The notes under the pieces were generated by a model that made no database searches, was not told the DNA's origin, and saw only the letters and a list, made by a program, of their open reading frames with translations. A stretch of 64,000 nucleotides of DNA from Mobula birostris. Its lineage: Eukaryota. The stretch covers positions 42,784,613 to 42,848,612 of the forward strand of contig NC_092397.1 of NCBI RefSeq assembly GCF_030028105.1. The letters run 5' to 3'. Made by a program: the position numbers and the translations under genes. Below are positions 12,991 through 22,526 of the stretch, in pieces. Positions within the stretch are counted from its first letter, which is position 1. Every line of letters begins with the position of its first letter.

Positions 12991-14394
12991 CAATTTAATC
13001 GTGAGTAAAATTCTCCATTTGTGATGTCATGTCAGCACAAAAAATCTTGGATTTCAGAGATGTTTGCATTTTGGAATTATGGACCAATCTGCACAACCCT
13101 AATTACTACTTTGTACTGCAGTAAACACTGTTTATCCACACAGTCCCAGGCACACAAATGCAAAATAAAGACAGGTGTAAATTTAAAGTAGGGAAGTTGA
13201 ACCTTACTTGGGGGTAAAGCCTGATAACTTGGCCTCAGAACATTCTATTACCCAAATGATCAAAATAAAGCCAAGTAACAAGGTCCAAAATACCCACAAC
13301 ATGCAGAATTACATGCCTCTCGTTATGTTGGTCCATGGGATAAACCCTGGCTGGGTCGCCTGGGTGAGGATGTCTCATGATTGAAGACCCAAAACACCCA
13401 ATGACCCTAAATAGTATTACTAATGATGTGTCCCTTTGCACACCCAGTTCATTAAGCCAAGTAGTGTCAGGCCACATTAGTGAAAGGAATGGGCCAGATT
13501 GAAGTGGCTACACTACACTACCCTATCCACCATAGCCCCACATATCTCACCCTACTAAACTCTACAGCCTTATCTCTCCCAGCCCCGCATACACATCCAC
13601 CAGCCCTACCCTCAAACCTAATCCTGAGATCCAAGGGGGCACACACCCCAATTAACCCTGGGCACACCCCCACAAACCCGATGACTAGTGTAAGAAGGAG
13701 GAAGATCCAATAAAGGCAAGTGTTGGACCTGGTTAATGAAGGCATGGGCCAGATCAAAGTGGCAGCGTTGTGTGACACTGAATCTGGAGTGACGAGATGA
13801 AGAAGCACAAGAGGGATGATTCTCCCACTGCCCGCATAATCTCTTTGTTATTTTGATTTTGTTCTGATAGGCTTCTGTCTCTTTGAATATTTTGGTATAA
13901 TTCATATTTAATTTCAGTGTTTCTTGTCAGTGTTGTGTCTCTGATGCAATGTCTGTGATGCTGCTACAAATACGTTGTTCCTTTCACCTGTGCATAAATA
14001 AACTCGATTTGAACTTTATATTGAAATGTCGAAATCTCTACTTCACTCTCATGCTGCCCTGTGTCAAACGTCTTAGTGTTTAATTTTACAATATTTCATC
14101 TGATTTTATTTTCTTTCTGCTTTTGAAATTTGCGTTTCCCTTTTCAATTTCAGCCCGCACCCCGGCCTGTCTCTGCCCTTCAGTACTTCCTCCCGTATTA
14201 AACGACAGCGGTAACCCCGCCCATTGGCGCCGCTTCCCATCCCCCAGCGTTCCGATTGGTGATTCATTTCTCCAAACAGCCAATGGAAATGCTCAGAATT
14301 CCCATCCTCATTAACATACCGCTTTGGGCGCTGCCTATTTAATCCGCGCTCCGAACAACTTCTGCTCATTATTGTGTTTGAAACCGACCAGGAA

Positions 14395-14769
14395 ATTCCT
14401 GATCCAGCGAAACCCGCTCCAAAGAAGGGCGCCAAGAAAGCTTTGTCCAAACCAGCGAGCAAGTCTGGCAAGAAGCGCAAGAGGTCGAGGAAGGAGACTT
14501 ACGCCATCTACATCTACAAAGTGATGAAGCAGGTTCACCCCTACACCGGCATCTCCTACAAGGCCATGAGTATCATGAATTCATTCGTCAACGATATTTT
14601 CGAGCGCATCGCGGGCGAGGCTTCCCGCCTGGCCCATTACAACAAGCGGTCCACCATCAGCTCCCGGGAGATCCAGACCGCCGTGCGGCTGCTGCTGCCC
14701 GGGGAGCTGGCCAAGCATGCCGTGTCCGAAGGGACAAAGGCGGTGACCAAGTACACCAGCTCCAAGTGA
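14395..14769 (+). pseudogene. H2B: Histone H2B pseudogene
   Basis: Copy of H2B 50209-50583 with ATG>ATT (14395-14397), HPDTG>HPYTG, ISSK>ISYK, and a 3' stem-loop truncated after ggctcttt (14807-14814). Confidence 0.9.
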
Positions 14770-15011
14770 AGACAAGTTTACTGACAAAACAAACCGGAAA
14801 ATCAAAGGCTCTTTCAATGCTGAACACTGTCCGGAGGAACAACACTTCTAACTGGGCATAGTTCAGGCATAAGGACACAACATCAAATTCCCTGTTTTCC
14901 TCTCTGCCCATCAAGCTGTGGCTTGGCTCAGTTTGTCTCTCCGTTACTATAGCTTCACATTCTGGGTATCTCCCACAGACTTACTAAAGCACACAATACA
15001 AACAGAAACAA

Positions 15012-15346
15012 AAAACAACAGGAATTCTGCAGATGCTGGAAATTCAAGTAACACACATCAAAGTTGCTGGTGAACGCAGCAGGCCAGGCAGCATCTCTAG
15101 GAAGAGGTGCAGTCGACGTTTCAGGCCGAGACCCTTCGTCAGGACTAACTGAAGGAAGAGTGAGTAAGAGATTTGAAAGTTGGAGGGGGAGATCCAAAAT
15201 GATAGGAGAAGACAGGAGGGGGAGGGATGGAGCCAAGAGCTGGACAGGTGATTGGCAAAAGGCACACGAGAGGATCATGGGACAGGAGGTCCGGGAAGAA
15301 AGACAAGTGGGGGGGGGGGGAACCCAGAGGATGGGCAAGAGGTATA
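15012..15346 (-). mobile_element. Penelope-like element 3'/pLTR fragment
   Basis: Near-identical to 2746-3030; tctgcagatgctggaaat terminus; hammerhead motif. Confidence 0.75.
15111..15146 (-). ncRNA. Minimal type I hammerhead ribozyme motif
   Basis: Same 36-nt sequence as 2803-2838 with intact CUGACGA/GAAAC/GUC. Confidence 0.7.
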
Positions 15347-16344
15347 TCCAACTTCTCCAGTTTCCCCTGTAAAGTCTCATATCTCTGGTATGTTTGTCAA
15401 ACATGACTGAACATTCAGCAACGCAGGTTACAGGGTCCGAGACCAGGTTCCAGATAGACAGGGTGCTGAAGAGCCTTTTGGAACACTGGCCTTCAGTCAG
15501 GGCACCGAATATAGAAGCTGGGATGAAATGTTGCAGTTGTCCAACACGTTGGTTTGGCCGCATTTCGCAAATAGTGTTTAGTTTTAGTGACCCTGCTGTT
15601 TGACAGACACCATTAAGCTGGAAAGAGAGCAGAAGAGATTTACGAGGATGTTACTGGATCTTGAAGGACTGATTTGTGGAAAGCGTTTTGGTCAATTTTC
15701 CCTGGAATATTGAAGAATGAGTAATGATATTGCAGAGGTGTATAAAATTATAAGGGGCCTGGGTTGGGTCAAAGATAACAATCATTTTGCCAGTGTTGGG
15801 GTATCAAGAACTGGAGGGCATTGGTTTAAGATGAGATTTAATAGGAACCTGAAGGGCAACTGTTCCAGTTGGTGGTGGTGAGGGGGTTACAGACCACGAG
15901 CTCAGATGGAAACTTTGGTCATCGTGGACCATTTGAGCTGAAGGTCTTGTTTCTGCGCTGTGTGAATGTGACTGTAAACCCTGTTGACTTAGTTCAATGA
16001 CATTAAACTTTTCTAAATGATTTGCTATTTCTTGATAGATTATTGACTCCAGTACCTGAAGTGAAGTTAACAGGACTACAGTTACCTGCTTTTTATCTTC
16101 CACCCTTCTTCAACAATGGTTTTCAACTCCACGGGGACCTTTCTGTAACACAGTGAGTTTTGACAGACTTCAATGCCTCCACTTTCTCTCCAGACTTTAG
16201 TGCAGGTCGTTGGGACCTGGTAATGTTTGCTTTTAGTCCCATTAGTTTCTCCCTCGAGATGGCGGTTGTTACACATTATGGCACAATATTGAAATGTCAC
16301 CATCAGATATCTGTGGGATGTTTTCTGTGTCCCCACTGTGAACA

Positions 16345-19300
16345 CTAATTCCATGTTGGTCTGATGTTCAGTGCAGACTGGCAATCCTGCAACACCGCTG
16401 GTGCTTGACTCCATCGGTCTTCATCAGCTCCTGCATGGGCAACTGCTTGCTTTACGTTTCGTACGTCCCCGACTTGCTTTACGTTTCGTACGTCCCTGAC
16501 TTGCTTTACGTTTCGTACGTCCCCGACTTGCTTTACGTTTCGTACGTCCCCGACTTGCTTTACGTCTCGTACGTCCCCGACTTGCTTTACGTTTCGTACG
16601 TCCCCGACTTGCTTTACGTATCGTACGTCCCCGACTTGCTTTACGTTTCGTACGTCCCCGACTTGCTTTACGTATCGTACGTCCCTGACTTGCTTTACGT
16701 TTCGTACGTCCCCGACTTGCTTTACGTTTCGTACGTCCCCGACTTGCTTTACGTATCGTACGTCCCCGACTTGCTTTACGTCTCGTACGTCCCTGACTTG
16801 CTTTACGTTTCGTACGTCCCCGACTTGCTTTACGTTTCGTACGCCCCGACTTGCTTTACGTTTCGTACGTCCCCGACTTGCTTTACGTATCGTACGTCCC
16901 CGACTTGCTTTACGTCTCGTACGTCCCCGACTTGCTTTATGTATCGTACGTCCCTGACTTGCTTTACGTTTCGTACGTCCCCGACTTGCTTTACGTTTCG
17001 TACGTCCCCGACTTGCTTTACGTCTCGTACGTCCCCGACTTGCTTTACGTCTCGTACGTCCCCGACTTGCTTTACGTTTCGTACGTCCCCGACTTGCTTT
17101 ACGTATCGTACGTCCCCGACTTGCTTTACGTCTCGTACGTCCCCGACTTGCTTTACGTTTCGTACGTCCCCGACTTGCTTTACGTCTCGTACGTCCCCGA
17201 CTTGCTTTACGTCTCGTACGTCCCCGACTTGCTTTACGTATCGTACGTCCCCGACTTGCTTTACGTTTCGTACGTCCCCGACTTGCTTTACGTTTCGTAC
17301 GTCCCTGACTTGCTTTACGTTTCGTACGTCCCCGACTTGCTTTACGTATCGTACGTCCCTGACTTGCTTTACGTATCGTACGTCCCCGACTTGCTTTACG
17401 TCTCGTACGTCCCCGACTTGCTTTACGTTTCGTACGTCCCTGACTTGCTTTACGTCTCGTACGTCCCCGACTTGCTTTACGTATCGTACGTCCCCGACTT
17501 GCTTTACGTCTCGTACGTCCCTGACTTGCTTTACGTCTCGTACGTCCTTGACTTGCTTTACGTATCGTACGTCCCCGACTTGCTTTACGTATCGTACGTC
17601 CCCGACTTGCTTTACGTCTCGTACGTCCCCGACTTGCTTTACGTTTCGTACGTCCCCGACTTGCTTTACGTCTCGTACGTCCCCGACTTGCTTTACGTTT
17701 CGTACGTCCCCGACTTGCTTTACGTCTCGTACGTCCCTGACTTGCTTTACGTCTCGTACGTCCCCGACTTGCTTTACGTCTCGTACGTCCCCGACTTGCT
17801 TTACGTTTCGTACGTCCCCGACTTGCTTTACGTCTCGTACGTCCCTGACTTGCTTTACGTCTCGTACGTCCCCGACTTGCTTTACGTCTCGTACGTCCCC
17901 GACTTGCTTTACGTTTCGTACGTCCCCGACTTGCTTTACGTCTCGTACGTCCCCGACTTGCTTTACGTTTCGTACGTCCCCGACTTGCTTGACGTTTCGT
18001 ACGTCCCTGACTTGCTTGACGTCTCGTACGTCCCCGACTTGCTTGACGTATCGTACGTCCCCGACTTGCTTTACGTCTCGTACGTCCCCGACTTGCTTTA
18101 CGTTTCGTACGTCCCTGACTTGCTTTACGTATTGTACGTCCCTGACTTGCTATACGTTTCGTACGTCCCCGACTTGCTTTACGTATCGTACGTCCCGGAC
18201 TTGCTTTACGTTTCGTACGTCCCTGACTTGCTTTACGTCTCGTACGTCCCTGACTTGCTTTACGTATCGTACGTCCCCGACTTGCTTTACGTATCGTACG
18301 TCCCCGACTTGCTTTACGTCTCGTACGTCCCCGACTTGCTTTACGTCTCGTACGTCCCCGACTTGCTTTACGTCTCGTACGTCCCCGACTTGCTTTACGT
18401 CTCGTACGTCCCCGACTTGCTTTACGTCTCGTACGTCCCCGACTTGCTTTACGTATCGTACGTCCCCGACTTGCTTTACGTATCGTACGTCCCCGACTTG
18501 CTTTACGTCTCGTACGTCCCCGACTTGCTTTACGTCTCGTACGTCCCCGACTTGCTTTACGTCTCGTACGTCCCCGACTTGCTTTACGTTTCGTACTTCC
18601 CCGACTTGCTTTACGTTTCGTACGTCCCTGACTTGCTTTATGTTTCGTACGTCCCCGACTTGCTTTACGTATCGTACGTCCCCGACTTGCTTTACGTCTC
18701 GTACGTCCCCGACTTGCTTTACGTCTCGTACGTCCCCGACTTGCTTTACGTCTCGTACGTCCCTGACTTGCTTTACGTCTCGTACGTCCCCGACTTGCTT
18801 TACGTATCGTACGTCCCCGACTTGCTTTACGTTTCGTACGTCCCCGACTTGCTTTACGTCTCGTACGTCCCTGACTTGCTTTACGTCTCGTACGTCCCCG
18901 ACTTGCTTTACGTCTCGTACGTCCCCGACTTGCTTTACGTTTCGTACTTCCCCGACTTGCTTTACGTTTCGTACGTCCCCGACTTGCTTTACGTTTCGTA
19001 CGTCCCCGACTTGCTTTACGTTTCGTACGTCCCTGACTTGCTTTACGTATCGTACGTCCCCGACTTGCTTTACGTTTCGTACGTCCCCGACTTGCTTTAC
19101 GTATCGTACGTCCCCGACTTGCTTTACGTATCGTACGTCCCCGACTTGCTTTACGTCTCGTACGTCCCCGACTTGCTTTACGTATCGTACGTCCCCGACT
19201 TGCTTTACGTATCGTACGTCCCCGACTTGCTTTACGTTTCGTACGTCCCTGACTTGCTTTACGTCTCGTACGTCCCCGACTTGCTTTACGTTTCGTACGT

Positions 19301-21201
19301 CCCCGACTTGCTTTACGTATCGTACGTCCCCGACTTGCTTTACGTTTCGTACGTCCCTGACTTGCTTTACGTTTCGTACGTCCCTGACTTGCTTTACGTA
19401 TCGTACGTCCCCGACTTGCTTTACGTCTCGTACGTCCCCGACTTGCTTTACGTCTCGTATGTCCCCGACTTGCTTTATGTTTCGTATGTCCCTGACTTGC
19501 TTTATGTTTCGTACGTCCCCGACTTGCTTTATGTTTCGTACGTCCCCGACTTGCTTTACGTATCGTACGTCCCCGACTTGCTTTACGTTTCGTACGTCTC
19601 CGACTTGCTTTACGTTTCGTACGTCCCTGACTTGCTTTACGTTTCGTACGTCCCCGACTTGCTTTACGTTTCGTACGTCCCTGACTTGCTTTACGTATCG
19701 TACGTCCCCGACTTGCTTTACGTTTCGTACGTCCCTGACTTGCTTTACGTATCGTACGTCCCCGACTTGCTTTACGTATCGTACGTCCCCGACTTGCTTT
19801 ACGTCTCGTACGTCCCTGACTTGCTTTACGTATCGTACGTCCCCGACTTGCTTTACGTATCGTACGTCCCCGACTTGCTTTACGTTTCGTACGTCCCCGA
19901 CTTGCTTTACGTTTCGTACGTCCCCGACTTGCTTTACGTTTCGTACGTCCCCGACTTGCTTTACGTTTCGTACGTCCCCGACTTGCTTTACGTATCGTAC
20001 GTCCCCGACTTGCTTTACGTTTCGTACGTCCCCGACTTGCTTTACGTTTCGTACGTCCCCGACTTGCTTTACGTATCGTACGTCCCCGACTTGCTTTACG
20101 TATCGTACGTCCCCGACTTGCTTTACGTCTCGTACGTCCCCGACTTGCTTTATGTTTCGTATGTCCCTGACTTGCTTTACGTTTCGTACGTCCCTGACTT
20201 GCTTTATGTTTCGTACGTCCCCGACTTGCTTTACGTATCGTACGTCCCCGACTTGCTTTACGTTTCGTACGTCCCCGACTTGCTTTACGTATCGTACGTC
20301 CCTGACTTGCTTTACGTATCGTACGTCCCCGACTTGCTTTATGTTTCGTATGTCCCTGACTTGCTTTACGTATCGTACGTCCCCGACTTGCTTTACGTAT
20401 CGTACGTCCCCGACTTGCTTTACGTTTCGTACGTCCCCGACTTGCTTTACGTTTCGTACGTCCCCGACTTGCTTTACGTATCGTACGTCCCCGACTTGCT
20501 TTACGTATCGTACGTCCCTGACTTGCTTTATGTATCGTACGTCCCTGACTTGCTTTACGTATCGTACGTCCCTGACTTGCTTTACGTTTCGTATGTCCCT
20601 GACTTGCTTTACGTTTCGTACGTCCCCGACTTGCTTTACGTCTCGTACGTCCCCGACTTGCTTTACGTCTCGTACGTCCCCGACTTGCTTTACGTATCGT
20701 ACGTCCCCGACTTGCTTTACGTCTCGTACGTCCCTGACTTGCTTTACGTCTCGTACGTCCCTGACTTGCTTTATGTTTCGTATGTCCCCGACTTGCTTTA
20801 CGTATCGTACGTCCCCGACTTGCTTTACGTCTCGTACGTCCCCGACTTGCTTTACGTTTCGTACGTCCCCGACTTGCTTTACGTTTCGTACGTCCCCGAC
20901 TTGCTTTACGTTTCGTACGTCCCCGACTTGCTTTACGTATCGTACGTCCCCGACTTGCTTTACGTATCGTACGTCCCCGACTTGCTTTACGTCTCGTACG
21001 TCCCTGACTTGCTTCACGTTTCGTACGTCCCCGACTTGCTTTACGTTTCGTACGTCCCCGACTTGCTTTACGTATCGTACGTCCCCGACTTGCTTTACGT
21101 TTCGTACGTCCCCGACTTGCTTTACGTTTCGTACGTCCCCGACTTGCTTTAAGTATCGTACTTCCCCGGCTTGTATATCGACTTCCACAGCTAGGGTGCA
21201 A
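16345..21201 (-). CDS. Hypothetical giant Arg/Lys-rich protamine-like repeat protein (KASRGRT[K/R/I]R)n; no in-frame ATG
   Basis: 1618-codon open frame starting at TTG; an out-of-frame ACCATGG lies 7 nt upstream; frameshift near the 3' end; coding status unproven. Confidence 0.25.
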   Translation of the reverse strand: MHPSCGSRYTSRGSTILKASRGRTKRKASRGRTKRKASRGRTIRKASRGRTKRKASRGRTKREASQGRTRRKASRGRTIRKASRGRTIRKASRGRTKRKASRGRTKRKASRGRTKRKASRGRTRRKASRGRTIRKASRGHTKHKASQGRTRRKASQGRTRRKASRGRTIRKASRGRTRRKASRGRTRRKASRGRTKRKASQGHTKRKASQGRTIRKASQGRTIHKASQGRTIRKASRGRTIRKASRGRTKRKASRGRTKRKASRGRTIRKASRGRTIRKASQGHTKHKASRGRTIRKASQGRTIRKASRGRTKRKASRGRTIRKASRGRTKHKASQGRTKRKASQGHTKHKASRGRTRRKASRGRTIRKASRGRTIRKASRGRTKRKASRGRTKRKASRGRTIRKASRGRTKRKASRGRTKRKASRGRTKRKASRGRTKRKASRGRTIRKASRGRTIRKASQGRTRRKASRGRTIRKASRGRTIRKASQGRTKRKASRGRTIRKASQGRTKRKASRGRTKRKASQGRTKRKASRRRTKRKASRGRTIRKASRGRTKHKASRGRTKHKASQGHTKHKASRGHTRRKASRGRTRRKASRGRTIRKASQGRTKRKASQGRTKRKASRGRTIRKASRGRTKRKASRGRTRRKASQGRTKRKASRGRTIRKASRGRTIRKASRGRTRRKASRGRTIRKASRGRTIRKASRGRTKRKASRGRTIRKASQGRTKRKASRGRTKRKASRGRTKRKASRGSTKRKASRGRTRRKASRGRTRRKASQGRTRRKASRGRTKRKASRGRTIRKASRGRTRRKASQGRTRRKASRGRTRRKASRGRTRRKASRGRTIRKASRGRTKHKASQGRTKRKASRGSTKRKASRGRTRRKASRGRTRRKASRGRTRRKASRGRTIRKASRGRTIRKASRGRTRRKASRGRTRRKASRGRTRRKASRGRTRRKASRGRTRRKASRGRTIRKASRGRTIRKASQGRTRRKASQGRTKRKASPGRTIRKASRGRTKRIASQGRTIRKASQGRTKRKASRGRTRRKASRGRTIRQASRGRTRRQASQGRTKRQASRGRTKRKASRGRTRRKASRGRTKRKASRGRTRRKASRGRTRRKASQGRTRRKASRGRTKRKASRGRTRRKASRGRTRRKASQGRTRRKASRGRTKRKASRGRTRRKASRGRTKRKASRGRTRRKASRGRTIRKASRGRTIRKASQGRTRRKASQGRTRRKASRGRTIRKASRGRTRRKASQGRTKRKASRGRTRRKASRGRTIRKASQGRTIRKASRGRTKRKASQGRTKRKASRGRTKRKASRGRTIRKASRGRTRRKASRGRTRRKASRGRTKRKASRGRTRRKASRGRTIRKASRGRTKRKASRGRTRRKASRGRTRRKASRGRTKRKASRGRTKRKASQGRTIHKASRGRTRRKASRGRTIRKASRGRTKRKASRGVRNVKQVGDVRNVKQVRDVRDVKQVGDVRYVKQVGDVRNVKQVGDVRNVKQVRDVRYVKQVGDVRNVKQVGDVRYVKQVGDVRNVKQVGDVRDVKQVGDVRNVKQVGDVRNVKQVRDVRNVKQVGDVRNVKQAVAHAGADEDRWSQAPAVLQDCQSALNIRPTWN
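16435..21152 (+). CDS. Hypothetical MGNC-(LLYVSYVPD)n repeat protein, interrupted by a 1-nt deletion at 16843
   Basis: ATG at 16435 in frame with the repeat; common unit variants are synonymous in this frame; TAA at 21150-21152; coding status unproven. Confidence 0.2.
16446..21173. repeat. 27-bp tandem array, about 175 units, consensus gacttgctttacgt(t/a/c)tcgtacgtccc(c/t)
   Basis: Directly visible; one 1-nt deletion at 16843/16844; degenerate last unit. Confidence 0.98.
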
Positions 21202-21239
21202 TATCCATGGTCAACCCTGACCAGTGGAGAGCCATCACC

Positions 21240-21730
21240 AACATGTTTGCACGTGGCCTCCTCTACTGCTACGTCGAGGCCAAATACAGGTCAGCCGAAC
21301 AACACCTCATATTCTGACTCCAATCTTGATAGAATGAACATTGATTTCTACAAATTCCAGTTATCACTACACTCTCTTTCCCTCACCCCCACTTCTTTTC
21401 TCCCATTCTGATACCATTTAACCCCTTCACCTCTCGTCACACACCGTCATGACCTGCCCATCAACTCTCTCCGGTTCTCCACCTCCTCCGTGTCATCCCA
21501 TGGTCCAATGTTCTCTCCTATTGGATTCCTTTCTCCTCATCTCTTTGCCCTTTCTGCCTGTCACCCAGCTCCTCACATCATTCATCCACAAACCACACGT
21601 TCCCCACCCCTCACTTGTCCTCCTCCTCCTCCCCCTCCCCCACCACCTTATTCTGGTTTTTGTCCCTTTCTTTCTTAGCCTGAAATGTCAACGGTTTGCT
21701 GAGTTCCTCCAGCATTTTGTGCGTGTTTGC
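21240..21730 (+). mobile_element. Penelope-like element 3' end (GIY-YIG C-terminus and tail), decayed
   Basis: GLLYCYVEAKYRSAEQHLIF..MNIDF remnant, pyrimidine-rich tail, ctgagttcctccagcattttgtg terminus. Confidence 0.7.
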
Positions 21731-22526
21731 TTCAGTCTGTGTATTGATTAAACTAATCAAACTGGTACAGTGGAAGAGGAATTTGTGGAATGGTCAGAGA
21801 CAGTTTCTTACAGCAGTACCTTACCCATGAACGGGTCATTTCAGATGTAATCTGTGTAATGAGGTGGAATTACAGAGAGATCTTGTGGTGAAGGATCCCT
21901 GAAGAAGTGATCACAATGTGGGAGATCTCCAGATCACAGACTGAGGGTGAACAGCAGCGTCCAGGTTTGAGATCAGGGTTTTCTTTCCACTAGATGAACT
22001 GCCAAGTATGGCTGACAAGCCCCATCTGCCCATAGCAGTTGGTTATATGACGCTAGAAAACCGATTTGCACCTTCCCCTGTCACTAGAAACAGCTCCGTT
22101 GGGCTGAGTAGCTAAGCCATATGTAAAAGTCAGGAGCTGTATTTGGTTGATAGAGGCAATTTCAGGTGCACACCATTGGCAGCATTTAGTGAGAAGTGGG
22201 AGCTTGTCCTATTACTGCCCCATCACTGGTTAAGACAGCTGTAAGTGACCAATATGTTGGTATATGAATGGGAAGCTCAATTGGAATGGGTTGCCACCAG
22301 CAGATCGTGGTTGTTGCAGCTCACAGAGCAAAGATACTCGATGCAGCGCTACCCTAATTTGCTTCTGATTAAATCTCTCATGATAATTACAGTTCCATTC
22401 TCATCTCTCTTTGATATTTCCCCTTTTGTGCTTTATCCCATTGGGAGGAACACCTGAGGATCTTGAGACCACTCCTCCCCATGTCTTCTTTCCCTCCCCC
22501 TTTCACCATCACTGTCCCTACATGTA

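Larger units (their letters stand above)
5102..15006. repeat. Left arm of a large inverted segmental duplication (partner 45270-45452 plus 50167-64000)
   Basis: Reverse complement of 63960-64000 matches 5102-5142; paired near-identical spurious ORFs (13618-13905 vs 51075-51362; 12347-12616 vs 52365-52634); H2B copies; 14819-15006 matches revcomp 45270-45452. Confidence 0.93.

Noticed and set aside
10490-14314. Short ORFs 'conserved' between 10-14 kb and 50-54 kb
   Set aside because: Similarity reflects the recent inverted duplication of decayed repeats, not coding constraint
14374-14769. Functional H2B variant starting at GTG 14374
   Set aside because: ATG loss, disruptive Tyr substitutions and loss of the stem-loop favour a pseudogene
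16446-21173. CRISPR array
   Set aside because: Head-to-tail repeats with no unique spacers, no cas genes, and a eukaryotic context
18150-21188. 1012-aa (VKQVGDVRN)n minus ORF
   Set aside because: GTG start, internal stop at 18150, and variants hit first codon positions; by-product of the repeat
16844-21411. (TCFTFRTSP)n plus frame
   Set aside because: Reached only through the 1-nt deletion; common variants are non-conservative (F/Y/S, P/L); runs into a Penelope remnant
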